From NCBI GenBank assembly GCA_965224025.1, contig OZ245033.1, forward strand, positions 3,584,001 to 3,648,000: DNA of 64,000 nt, written 5' to 3'. Made by a program: the position numbers and the translations under genes. Below, in pieces: positions 42,363-51,759 of this stretch (position 1 is its first letter; the number at the start of each line of letters is the position of its first letter). Origin of the DNA: Candidatus Multivorans sp. GTDB lineage: Bacteria; Acidobacteriota; Thermoanaerobaculia; Multivoradales; Multivoraceae. The notes under the pieces are model-generated. The model had not been told where the DNA came from. It did no database searches and saw nothing but the letters and a program-made list of their open reading frames with translations.

Positions 42363-44668
42363 GCCATCCCCAGACGGCGCCGAACCGCCCACTCGCCGCC
42401 CAGGAAGACGACCAGTAACAGGAACAGGATCGGCATGTCCCAGAGATCCCGCGTCTCACGCACCGTCGTGCCTTCGCGGCTGACCGAGAGGTCTTCGACC
42501 AGACCGTCCATTTCATCCAGCTCGTACTGTCGGCCACCGGTCTCGCGAGCGATCCTCCTCAGCACCGAGTCCCGGCGAGCGGCGCCGAAGAGTTCCTCGT
42601 TCAGCGTGTCGACCGCAAAACGCGACACCGCGACACCGAGCAGTTCGCCCTCCGACCGCGCGTCGACCTCGACCCGGTAGTGACCGCGCTCACCGGCCAC
42701 GAAGGCGCCGACGAACTCGCCGTCACGCTCCACCGACCAATCGAGCGGCACCTCGACCTCGTCGCCGGACGGCATCTCGATCGCCGCCGTGACCTGGGCC
42801 CGATTCACCTCCCGGAACGCCGCATCGCGCACCATGGCGCGCAGCGTGACCGTGCTGCCGGGCTCGAACCGGTCGCGGTCCGTCTCGACCTCGACCCGGT
42901 CCGGCACGTAGGACACCAGCCAGCGCAGCATCTGCCGCCACAGACGCTCGTGGGTCTGATCCTCGAGCGGGATCTCGGCGCTCATCTGCCAGTGCCAGGA
43001 GTCGTGCGGCGTGAAGGCGATCGCCCGTCCGCGGCCGATCCGCTGATGCGCCAGGGCGATCAACGGATCGCTCGCCATGGGAGTCTCCGCCCTCAGCAGC
43101 GCCGTGGCGCCGGCCTTCAGTTCGGTCGCCCGCTGGTACGCGGAGAGCCGCGGCAAGGTCGACCAGAGTTCGTTGGATTCGGCCCGGTCGTCCCGCAGCA
43201 GCATTGCGGGGTGGGCGCGTCCCTGGGGCGTCAACTCCAGTTGCAGGTCGTAAACCAGTTCAGGACGGCCGTCACCCGCCGGCGGTTCGTAGAGGACAAG
43301 CGGCGACAGCTCGGCGATCGGCGTACCGGCGAAGCCCCCTTCCGAGAACGACCTGTGGGTGCCCAGCAGCAGCACGCCGCCGCCGCGCTGGGCGGCGAAA
43401 TCGACCAGCATCCTCATCTGGTCGTGGGTGAAGAAGCTCGCCTCCATGCTGCCCAGAATGACGCCCTGGTACTCGAACAGATCCTCGCGGCGGGTCGGAA
43501 AACCGTCGAAGCGCTTCGTGTCCTCATCGAAGTTGATGCCGTAGAACTTGTTCGCCGCCTGGCGCGTCATGGACACGAGCTGGAGATTCTCGTCGAACTG
43601 GACCGCCCGCCGCAGGAACCTGGACTCGTGTCGTGGTTCGCCCTCGAAGAAGAAGATCTTCTCCTGCCTGTTCGTCACTTCCACCAGCGCGACCCGCTCG
43701 TTGTTCAGCGTCAGTTGCTCCCCCGGCTGGCCGGCGACCCGAAAGCGGAACTCACGCGCCCCCTCGGCGCTGGCCGCGAACATCACCCGGGCCGTGACCG
43801 CCGAACTCCGGCGCGGAAAGGCCACCGGCTGCACGTTCACGATCCGCCCGTCGTCCTCGACTTCGAGGTTCACGCTGCGGCCGCCGAACCCGGTTTGACT
43901 CAGTGTGACCTCGACCTCGACGGTTGAACCTTCGAGCACCCGCCGCGGAGCGACCACCCGGGACACTTCGATGTCTTTCTCCAGGCGCGGCCGCCCGAGG
44001 CCGATCGCGTGCACCGGCGTCCCGGCGGCCTTGAGCGCCAGCAAGGCATCGCCGAGCTCGGCCGGCGCCGAGTCGGCGCCGTCGGAGAGCAGGACGAGGC
44101 CCGCCAGGGGCAATCCGGCCAGTTCGTCCGAGGCCGCGCTCAGGGCTTCGCCGATGCGGCTGTCGGAGCGGGCGAACCGGAGCTGGTCGATGGACTCGAT
44201 CCGCTCGGCGCCGCGGCCGAAGGCAAGTTGGCGGACCTGGAAGTGCTGCCCGACGAGTTCCAGCAGCGACCCCGGCGCCCCGGAGAGCGCCTCCCGAACC
44301 GCCCCGGCCCGGGTGCCGTCCCCGGCGGCGTCCTCGTCCGGCATCGCCATGCTGCCGGAGTCGTCGATCAGGACGCCGACGAAGGACTCCTGCGGCACCA
44401 CCGTCGACAGGACCAGGGCCGGTTGCAGCAGGCACAGGACCAGTACAAAGGTAGCCAGTGAGCGCAGCGTCGGCGGCAGCCAGCGGTAGCGCTCGGCGCC
44501 GCCGCTCGGACCCGGACGCATCCGCCGGTAGGTGAAGGCGGCGAACACGAGCGCGCCACCGGCAAGCAGTGCCGCCACCTGCATCCAGCCCGGAGCGGCG
44601 AGGGCGAACCGGCCCTCGTCGAACAGAGGCGGCCGGTACTTGAACAGGAACTCGAAAAGGCCAGTCAT
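42359..44668 (-). CDS. membrane protein with vWA, Ig-like and glutamine-amidotransferase-like domains
   Basis: Two N-terminal TMs, MIDAS DDSGSM, LLSDG, GRGR..W.W..W.Q..RWL, C-terminal LWD..TM..EW..RR..G. Confidence 0.8.
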   Translation of the reverse strand: MTGLFEFLFKYRPPLFDEGRFALAAPGWMQVAALLAGGALVFAAFTYRRMRPGPSGGAERYRWLPPTLRSLATFVLVLCLLQPALVLSTVVPQESFVGVLIDDSGSMAMPDEDAAGDGTRAGAVREALSGAPGSLLELVGQHFQVRQLAFGRGAERIESIDQLRFARSDSRIGEALSAASDELAGLPLAGLVLLSDGADSAPAELGDALLALKAAGTPVHAIGLGRPRLEKDIEVSRVVAPRRVLEGSTVEVEVTLSQTGFGGRSVNLEVEDDGRIVNVQPVAFPRRSSAVTARVMFAASAEGAREFRFRVAGQPGEQLTLNNERVALVEVTNRQEKIFFFEGEPRHESRFLRRAVQFDENLQLVSMTRQAANKFYGINFDEDTKRFDGFPTRREDLFEYQGVILGSMEASFFTHDQMRMLVDFAAQRGGGVLLLGTHRSFSEGGFAGTPIAELSPLVLYEPPAGDGRPELVYDLQLELTPQGRAHPAMLLRDDRAESNELWSTLPRLSAYQRATELKAGATALLRAETPMASDPLIALAHQRIGRGRAIAFTPHDSWHWQMSAEIPLEDQTHERLWRQMLRWLVSYVPDRVEVETDRDRFEPGSTVTLRAMVRDAAFREVNRAQVTAAIEMPSGDEVEVPLDWSVERDGEFVGAFVAGERGHYRVEVDARSEGELLGVAVSRFAVDTLNEELFGAARRDSVLRRIARETGGRQYELDEMDGLVEDLSVSREGTTVRETRDLWDMPILFLLLVVFLGGEWAVRRRLGMA

Positions 44669-44704
44669 CAGGAACGAAGACAGGAACGAAGGCAGGAACG
44701 AAGA
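44669..44704. repeat. three tandem 12-bp units CAGGAACGAAG(A/G)
   Basis: Units at 44669, 44681 and 44693, directly abutting the start codon at 44668. Confidence 0.85.
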
Positions 44705-44737
44705 GACGCGGAGGTGAGTGGTCGCGGTGTCGCGGCG

Positions 44738-45619
44738 TCAGTGCGACATGGCGTAGACGACGAAGTTGACTCCCATCTGGTACGCGTAGTGGGAAAACCG
44801 CACCGGGTACCACTCGTCTTCCGCCCACTCCCAGGCGTCGCCCAGGTCGGTGTTCCAGTTGATCACCACCATCAAGCGGCCATGGTCATCGAAGATGCCC
44901 CGCACGTGCGGGGTGTAGCCGTCCTGCTCCCAGGTCGGGCCCCCGTGCCGACCCTGGCGCACGTTCGGCACCTGGAGGATCTCCTCGACGTCGTAGAAGC
45001 AGTGGAAGATCGGGTGCTCCAGGGGAATCTCGACGATCGGATACTCCGGCAGGAGCTCGGACAGCTCCCTCTCCAGGTTCGCCCACTCCCAACTGCCCCA
45101 GAAGTCGTCGATGACCCAGAAGCCGCCAGCCAGCAGGTACCGACGCAAGGCCTCCCGTTCGTCCTCGCTCAGCATCATGTAGCCGACCTCCACCGAGTAG
45201 AGGAAGGGGAAGCGGGACAGCTTCTCGTCCGTGGCCACGACTGCGTTGTCGTAGTCGTAGGCGTCCAACTGGTCTAGCAGTCGCTTGAGACCGGTCATGA
45301 ACTGCCGGTCGGCCTTCGGGAAGTCGACCGACCAACTGCCGCCGCCCATGTAGGTCCTGCCGCTGTAGGCGAGGCGGGTGAAGTAGAACTCCCGCAGCAC
45401 CTCATCCGGCCCGACCGGCCGCGGCAGGTACCGCTCGAACATCCTCATCGCCTGGGGCGGCAGAGAACGCCGGTAGCGGGTGCGGGGGTCGCGGCGATCG
45501 TCGGGCCCCCTGATCTGCGGGCCCGGCTCGGGCGCCGGGGCTCTGGCGACGAGGCCGGCCCCGGCGGCCGCCACGACAGCAGCGGCAACGACCATAGACG
45601 CTGTTCGCCGGATCGGCAC
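44738..45619 (-). CDS. secreted DUF4159 domain protein (first gene of the MoxR operon)
   Basis: W..DFP.AD, LR.YLLAGGF...DDFWG, NWNTDLGDAWEW, GVN...Y.MSH; GTG45619 lies 6 nt after TACGAT. Confidence 0.88.
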   Translation of the reverse strand: MPIRRTASMVVAAAVVAAAGAGLVARAPAPEPGPQIRGPDDRRDPRTRYRRSLPPQAMRMFERYLPRPVGPDEVLREFYFTRLAYSGRTYMGGGSWSVDFPKADRQFMTGLKRLLDQLDAYDYDNAVVATDEKLSRFPFLYSVEVGYMMLSEDEREALRRYLLAGGFWVIDDFWGSWEWANLERELSELLPEYPIVEIPLEHPIFHCFYDVEEILQVPNVRQGRHGGPTWEQDGYTPHVRGIFDDHGRLMVVINWNTDLGDAWEWAEDEWYPVRFSHYAYQMGVNFVVYAMSH

Positions 45620-45685
45620 GGCCGGATCGTACCGCACCGCCGAAGCGGGTTCGGCCGTCCGCCGGCGAGAGTCCCGCGCCGCCGA

Positions 45686-46375
45686 TCAGCGCTCTACCGC
45701 CTCCCAGACCTCGGGCAGCACTTCGACTCCGGTCAGGGACTCGACCAGGGTGAAGATCAGGTCGTCCTCGTCCGCGCCAAGCTGCGCGGCCAGGTTGCGC
45801 ATCACTTCGTCGATCGACGACACGAGCGCGCTGAACCGGAACTTCCAAGTCCCGTCCTCGTTCACGAAGCGGTACTCCAGTTCGTCGATGCCGCCGCCCA
45901 GCGCCGGATCCTCCAGGGACGCCCGCGTCCGAGCGGCGGCATAGGCCTCGTCGCCTTCGATCCGGACATCACCCACGGCGAGCTGCTCGATCGCCGCTCC
46001 GTTGATCCAGCCGATCTCCGTCGCCCGCACGATCACGTCGGCCAGGTCCATCCCGGTCAACTCCGCGGCGTCGAACTGGTGCCGGAAGGCGACGATCAGG
46101 AAGCGGTCGACGAAGGTCCGCCGCCGCACCTCCTCCTCACCGCCGTTCAGGACCAGCCGCTTCAACTCCCGGTAGTACTCGCCCGTCTTCCCGTCGACCA
46201 GGGCGGCCGCCCGCTCGCCGTCACTGCCGAGCAACGCCTCGCGGTAGGCCTCGAACGTCGCCCGCACCGCCGCCTCTGGGTCGCCCGAGCTCGGGGTCGT
46301 CGGCTGAGCGGCGAGAGGCGACGCCGCCAGGACCAACACCGCAGCCACGACCGTCAGCCGCACCGGGATGGTCAA
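45686..46375 (-). CDS. secreted hypothetical protein (possibly NTF2-like)
   Basis: Signal peptide, TTGA overlap with the isochorismatase gene, F.NEDG.WK motif. Confidence 0.6.
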   Translation of the reverse strand: MTIPVRLTVVAAVLVLAASPLAAQPTTPSSGDPEAAVRATFEAYREALLGSDGERAAALVDGKTGEYYRELKRLVLNGGEEEVRRRTFVDRFLIVAFRHQFDAAELTGMDLADVIVRATEIGWINGAAIEQLAVGDVRIEGDEAYAAARTRASLEDPALGGGIDELEYRFVNEDGTWKFRFSALVSSIDEVMRNLAAQLGADEDDLIFTLVESLTGVEVLPEVWEAVER

Positions 46376-46995
46376 GCGATCTGCCCCTCCCGGAGCAACC
46401 GGTTGACGCCCTTGAACTGGGGATGGTTCTTGTCGCGGGCGAGTTCGAAGGCGACGGATTCGTGGTTCGTTATCTGGGCGCCGGCAGCGCCCATCCGATC
46501 GAGAGCGTGGCGGCGGTACTCCTCGCCCCGTGAGCTGACACAGTCCCAGCACACGTGGACGTCCGTGCCGCGCGAGACGAGATCGAGCACCGTCTGCACG
46601 ACGCAGATGTGGGCCTCGATGCCCGCTACGACAACCTGCCGATCCGCCGGAGCGAGGCCCGGTCTCGCCGCCGCCAGGGCCTCCTCGAACGCCGGCTCGC
46701 CGCAGCAGCCGAAGGAGTCCTTCACCACCCTGCGTGTACGGCGGCCGTCCGGATCCGTTTCCTCGATCACCGCCGCCAGTTCCTCGCGCGTCGAACCCAG
46801 CCCCTGCGGGTACTGCTCGGTCACGATCACCGGCAGGCCGAACATCTGCGCCAGCCGCAGCAGCCGGGCCGTGCCGTCGATGATCATTCGGGGTCGATGC
46901 ATCAGGTCGACGAGGCGGCCCTGCATGTCGATCACGAGAACGACGGCGCGCTCCTGGTCCAGAGCAAGCATCGCGGCTGGAACGGATGATGTCAT
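46372..46995 (-). CDS. isochorismatase family hydrolase
   Basis: VIDMQ, TEQYPQGLG.T, K.SF, GIEAHICV.QT, D.VSSR. Confidence 0.92.
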   Translation of the reverse strand: MTSSVPAAMLALDQERAVVLVIDMQGRLVDLMHRPRMIIDGTARLLRLAQMFGLPVIVTEQYPQGLGSTREELAAVIEETDPDGRRTRRVVKDSFGCCGEPAFEEALAAARPGLAPADRQVVVAGIEAHICVVQTVLDLVSRGTDVHVCWDCVSSRGEEYRRHALDRMGAAGAQITNHESVAFELARDKNHPQFKGVNRLLREGQIA

Positions 46996-47056
46996 GGGAA
47001 CGGTCTCCGGATGTTCGCTGGATCGCTCGTGGCCGCCGGTTGCCGCGCGGCGCGGT

Positions 47057-48388
47057 CTACTGGATCAGATGGAGGGTGCGGCGCAGGGCCTCGGTCGCTT
47101 CGCGCCCCGAGATCGCCGCCTGGGGCCGGCATTCCGCCGGCTCGGAGATCAGCCGACAACGATGAGCCGCCTCGCACACGGCGTCCGTATCGTCCGCGGC
47201 CGGATCGCCGCCCTCTCCGACGCAGGCGGCGCCGCCGCCGAGCCGGCCGGGCATCCGAAGCAGGGTGGCCAGCGCCGGGCCCCGGCGCATGTAGTCGTTG
47301 GGAGCGAACCGGCGCACCGCCGCATCGACCGGCGCCATCAGGCCCAGGTTCAGGACTCGGGCGATCTCACGGCTCTGGGGATGCTCGACGATGTCGCTGA
47401 CGATCACCCTGCTCCCCGCCGGACCGGTCCGCACGCCCGGCACCAGCCAGTACGTCAGCGCCGCGAAGTCGCCCCGCAACAGGCTCGAAGCGTCGAGCAG
47501 ACGCGCCACGCTCGGCGGCAGCAGCTTCGTGCGCCAGGTGAACCGCGCGGCGGTCAGCGCCGCCGTGATCTCCACGTTGTCCGGATGGCGTTCCGCGAGC
47601 CGCTCGTAGAGATCGAGCCCGGCGCGGGCGTTACCGCTCTCGACTTCGAGCGCGGCCTGCCGTTGCAACAGGTCCAGCGACGCCCCGCCGGCGGCGATCA
47701 GGACCCGCGTCGCCTCCAACTCCTCCTCCGCGTCGCCGCGGGCGCGCGCCAGACGCCGCCGCAGATCGACCGTCGCCGTGTCGTCAGGCGCCCACCACCG
47801 CAGTGTCTCGAGCGCCGCGCCGGCTTCCGCCAACCGGCCCGCCTCAAGCCCCGCCCCGGTCCGCTGGCCGAGTTCCGCTGTCGCCCGGGTGCGAAGGGCC
47901 GCGGCCCGGGCGGCCGCCTCCTCGTCGAGGCCCGCTATGCCGCGATAGGCGCCGTAGGCGGCAACGGCATCGCCGGTGAGTTCCGCCGCCCGCGCGTAGA
48001 CGAGTTGGCCGGCGGTGTATTCGGGCCGTCCGGCCAACGGCTCAGCGAGGAGTTCGAGCGCCCGCTCCGGAGCCCCGGCGGCAAGGTGAGCCTGGGCCAA
48101 CACGACGGTGGCCGGCAGCAGCGTCGGATCGATTCCAAGCAGCGTCTCCGCACCGCTCCGCGCCGTTTCGAACTCGCCTCGGCTAAGCGCCTCCCACGCG
48201 GAAGCCAGTTCGTAGCGGCTCTGCTCGGGGATGTTCTCCGTGAAGCCTTCAAGCGGGGGACGGAGGATCGGACCGCCCCGATAGTCGAACGAGGCCGCCG
48301 GCCGCGGCGGCTCCGGCGTCAACGTTGAACCAGCGCAGGCAGCTAGAAGGACGGTCAGAACAGTAGCTGCTGGCCGCGGCGTCTTCAC
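47057..48388 (-). CDS. TPR-like lipoprotein with SLH-like C-terminus
   Basis: Lipobox LLAAC, helical repeats, SDIV.HP....I..V..LGLM..F.PN....R; GTGA overlap with miaA. Confidence 0.65.
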   Translation of the reverse strand: MKTPRPAATVLTVLLAACAGSTLTPEPPRPAASFDYRGGPILRPPLEGFTENIPEQSRYELASAWEALSRGEFETARSGAETLLGIDPTLLPATVVLAQAHLAAGAPERALELLAEPLAGRPEYTAGQLVYARAAELTGDAVAAYGAYRGIAGLDEEAAARAAALRTRATAELGQRTGAGLEAGRLAEAGAALETLRWWAPDDTATVDLRRRLARARGDAEEELEATRVLIAAGGASLDLLQRQAALEVESGNARAGLDLYERLAERHPDNVEITAALTAARFTWRTKLLPPSVARLLDASSLLRGDFAALTYWLVPGVRTGPAGSRVIVSDIVEHPQSREIARVLNLGLMAPVDAAVRRFAPNDYMRRGPALATLLRMPGRLGGGAACVGEGGDPAADDTDAVCEAAHRCRLISEPAECRPQAAISGREATEALRRTLHLIQ

Positions 48389-49377
48389 TCGCTCACCGCG
48401 TCCGTTCGGGTTCCGGCTACAGCCTCGACGATCCCCTGCAGAGCTCGCTCCACACATTCCCTGCGCGAGGCGTCGATCCAGCGCACTGCCGTCTCGCGGC
48501 GGAACCATGTCTCCTGCCGTTTGGCGTAGTGGCGAGTGGCGCGGATCGTCTCCTCCAAGGCCTGCTCCAGCGTCAACTTCCCCTCCAGGTGATCGGCGAA
48601 TTGCCGGTAGCCGATCGCTCGACACGCCGGCAACTCAGTCCAGGAACGCCCATGGCGACAGCCGGCCCGTTCCCGCAGGCGCATCACTTCGGCCAGCCAG
48701 CCACACTCCAGCATGCGTCCGGCCCGCGCCTCGATGGCATCGTACAGAAGGGCTCGCGGCAGGGTCAATCCGACCTTGAGCACCCGTCTGTCGAGCGCCA
48801 GTTCCCAGCCCGCGCGACGCCAGCTCGGGAGGGTGCGGCCGGTGAAACGAAACACTTCCAGCGCCCTCAGAACGCGTTGCGTGTCGCCGGCGGAGAGCGC
48901 CGCCGCGCTTTCCGGGTCGACTACCCGCAACTCCTCGAACAACACCTCGAGGCCCTCGGATCGCAGCTCGCTCCGCAAACCGGCCCGCACCTCGGGCGGA
49001 ACCGGCGGCACCGGCGCCAGACCCTCGAACAACGCACGAAGGTAGAAGCCGCCGCCGCCCACCAGGATCGGCAGACGTCCCCGCCCCTCGATTTCCTTCA
49101 CCGCGGCGCGCGCCCTGCGCGCGAACTCCCCCGCCGAAAAAGCCTGGTGCGGTTCGAGCACGTCGACCAGGTGATGCCGTACGCGGGTCCGCTCTCGCGG
49201 CCCCGGCTTGGCCGTGCCGATGTCGAAGCCGCGATAGGCCTGCAGCGCGTCGGCGCTGATCAGTTCCGTACCGACGCCCTTTACCGCGAGATCCCCGGCA
49301 AGCCGCATCGCGAAGGCACTCTTTCCGGTCGCCGTCGGACCCAGGACGGCGATCGCCTGCCACGGGAGTTCCCGCAT
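48385..49377 (-). CDS. miaA: tRNA dimethylallyltransferase
   Basis: GPTATGKS, ISADA.Q.Y...DIGTAKP, HHL.D, R..RALEV, AIGY, TR.YAKRQ.TWF. Confidence 0.95.
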   Translation of the reverse strand: MRELPWQAIAVLGPTATGKSAFAMRLAGDLAVKGVGTELISADALQAYRGFDIGTAKPGPRERTRVRHHLVDVLEPHQAFSAGEFARRARAAVKEIEGRGRLPILVGGGGFYLRALFEGLAPVPPVPPEVRAGLRSELRSEGLEVLFEELRVVDPESAAALSAGDTQRVLRALEVFRFTGRTLPSWRRAGWELALDRRVLKVGLTLPRALLYDAIEARAGRMLECGWLAEVMRLRERAGCRHGRSWTELPACRAIGYRQFADHLEGKLTLEQALEETIRATRHYAKRQETWFRRETAVRWIDASRRECVERALQGIVEAVAGTRTDAVSE

Positions 49378-49396
49378 GGGCGCAGGATAACCGGCC

Positions 49397-51622
49397 TCAC
49401 GGGACGCCCCTGCGCGGCGAGGCCGCAATCTGGTACACGGGCCGCCGAGCGCCCGAGCCGTAGCGCCGGAAGCGGACCGCGATTCGCCCGTGACGATCCG
49501 TGCGCAGAACGCGCACTCTCCGTCGTTCCATCCTGGCCAGGACGTCCGGCGACGGATGTCCGTACGCGTTGCGTCGGCCGGCCGACATCAGAGCCAGCCG
49601 CGGCTCGACGGCGTCGAGGAACTTCGCGCCGCTCGACGTGCGGCTGCCATGATGAGCCACCTTGAGAACCTCGCTTCGAAGCGACCTTCCCCGGCTTCGG
49701 GTCCAGGCCAGCAGTTCCCTCTCGCCAGCGAGATCGAGGTCGCCGGTGAACAAGACGCACGAGAGCTCGGCACAGGCGCGGACCACCAGGGACGCCGAGT
49801 TGCCGTCAGCGACCGGGTCCGGTCCCGGGTGATGGACCTCGAGCCGCCAGGCGGCGACTGCCTCAGCGTAGCCCCGTTCCACCAACTCCACGCGCCCCTG
49901 GAGCTGCTCGGCCAGATCCCGGCCGCAGCCGTCCTGGACTTCCACCCGCGCCGCCCACAGACGCTCAACCCATAGATACCGGGCGAGTTCCAGCAGACCC
50001 TGGCAGTGGTCCGCGTCGCCATGGGACAGGACCGCCAGGTCGATCCGACGGACACCTTCCGCGGCCAGGACCCGAAGCAGCGCCGCCTCCGCGAAGTTGC
50101 CCTGGCGGAACCCTCCGCCGTCGACCAGGATCACCGGGCCGCGGTCACCGCTCCGCAGCAACAGCGCCTCCCCCTGGCCCACGTCCAGCATCACCAGCCT
50201 CGGCTCAACGTCAGCCGGCGTCGGCGTGCATACAAGAACCAGCGACAGCGCGTAGGCGGCCCGCCGGAATCCGGACAGGAGGATCCCAAGCCAGACCGCC
50301 AGCGTCAGCGCGGCGCCGGATTCGACGCTCACCGGTACGGCCAACCAGGCGCCCGGAGGCAGTTCCGCGAGCCACGCGAAGGGCAGGCTCAGAGCGTCGA
50401 GAATCCCCAGGAGCACGGCCGCGACGGGCTCGGCGACCGTCGACACCAGGGGCACCGAGGTTCCGGCCGCCACGACGACCCAGAGCAGGGAAGCCCCCAG
50501 CGCCAACGCCGTCCAGGGCACGAACACGAGGTTGAGCGCCGGCGCCAGCGGCGTCAGGACGCCGATCCGGACGGCCGTGACGGGCAAGGTGGCGAGCTGG
50601 GCGGCGACAGTCACCGCCAGGGCGGCGGCCACATGCCCAGCCGGCCCCGCAACCCCGCGTCGCCGCCACGACTTGAGCAGCCGCGGCGCCAGCAGGAGAA
50701 TCCCCGCGGTGGCCAGGAAACTGAGCTGGAAGCCGAGATCGAAGGCCGCCGCCGGGTCGAAGGACAGGATCAGGATCAGCGCGGCGCAGAGGGAGTTCAG
50801 CGCCCGCGGCGGCCGTTCGAGGACCAACGCCAGGATGACCAGCAGGGCCATGACCGCCGCCCGCAGCAGCGACGGCCGCGGCCCGACGAGGCAGCCGTAC
50901 AGCAGGAGGACCGAGGCGCCGCCCAACGCGGTCAGTCGATTCGAGATCCCGCCGAAGAGCCACCAGAAGCCGCCCAGGATCAGTCCCACGTGGAGACCAG
51001 ACACCGCGAGCAGGTGGGAGAGGCCGGCGCGACGCAGGCCGGTCTTCCAATCCGGAGGCACGCGGCGGGCATCTCCGAACACCAGCGCCTGGGCGAGTAT
51101 GGCGCCCGGCCGGTCGGTCGACGCCACAGCTTCGAGGAGCCGCTGCCGCAATCGCGGCGCCGCCCGCTGAAGCCGACCCGGCGCTTCACCTGTGCCGGCC
51201 AGAAGCAGCCGGCTCTTCACGGTCAGCCCCCAGTCTCCCGGTACGGAAACGTCCAGATTCAGGTAGGACTGGCGACGGCTGAAGTACCCGCGCACGCGAA
51301 GCTGCCGCTCCGGCGGCGGCATACCGCCGCGCAGCCGGAGCCAGGCTCGATCCGGACTTCCAACTTGGCGCCCCGCCTGCTCGACCGCCATGACCCGGAC
51401 CCTCGCGATCCAGCCATCGTCGGCACGCTGCCAGGCCGCAGCGCCGAGCGCGGGGACGGCGACTTCGGCGGTGACCGGCCGCGCGGGGTCAAGGACACCG
51501 AGCTGCTCGCGGCCGCGCCCGTCAGCAACGAGCGCGACCACGAGCACTGCGGCCAGGGGCAGGAGCGGCGCCTGGACCAGCGCCGGGGTCCTCTTGGCTG
51601 ACCTTTGGGGCCGCGGCCACAC
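49397..51622 (-). CDS. comEC: DNA internalization competence protein ComEC/Rec2
   Basis: GLSHLLAVSGLH, PS..RA, GFQLSF, DVGQG, SHGDADH, KVAHHGS, NAYGHP, RTD..G. Start uncertain. Confidence 0.9.
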   Translation of the reverse strand: MWPRPQRSAKRTPALVQAPLLPLAAVLVVALVADGRGREQLGVLDPARPVTAEVAVPALGAAAWQRADDGWIARVRVMAVEQAGRQVGSPDRAWLRLRGGMPPPERQLRVRGYFSRRQSYLNLDVSVPGDWGLTVKSRLLLAGTGEAPGRLQRAAPRLRQRLLEAVASTDRPGAILAQALVFGDARRVPPDWKTGLRRAGLSHLLAVSGLHVGLILGGFWWLFGGISNRLTALGGASVLLLYGCLVGPRPSLLRAAVMALLVILALVLERPPRALNSLCAALILILSFDPAAAFDLGFQLSFLATAGILLLAPRLLKSWRRRGVAGPAGHVAAALAVTVAAQLATLPVTAVRIGVLTPLAPALNLVFVPWTALALGASLLWVVVAAGTSVPLVSTVAEPVAAVLLGILDALSLPFAWLAELPPGAWLAVPVSVESGAALTLAVWLGILLSGFRRAAYALSLVLVCTPTPADVEPRLVMLDVGQGEALLLRSGDRGPVILVDGGGFRQGNFAEAALLRVLAAEGVRRIDLAVLSHGDADHCQGLLELARYLWVERLWAARVEVQDGCGRDLAEQLQGRVELVERGYAEAVAAWRLEVHHPGPDPVADGNSASLVVRACAELSCVLFTGDLDLAGERELLAWTRSRGRSLRSEVLKVAHHGSRTSSGAKFLDAVEPRLALMSAGRRNAYGHPSPDVLARMERRRVRVLRTDRHGRIAVRFRRYGSGARRPVYQIAASPRRGVP

Positions 51623-51759
51623 AGACCTAGACGAAAAGACGCGCCGAAACCCGATTTCGGCGCTTGCGCCGGTGCCTCGGCGGTGAGAAGCTAGCGCCGT
51701 CACGGCGACGCGGCGCGGTCCCGGCCCATTCCCCGCGGCGTAGACTCTTCCCACCGAGC

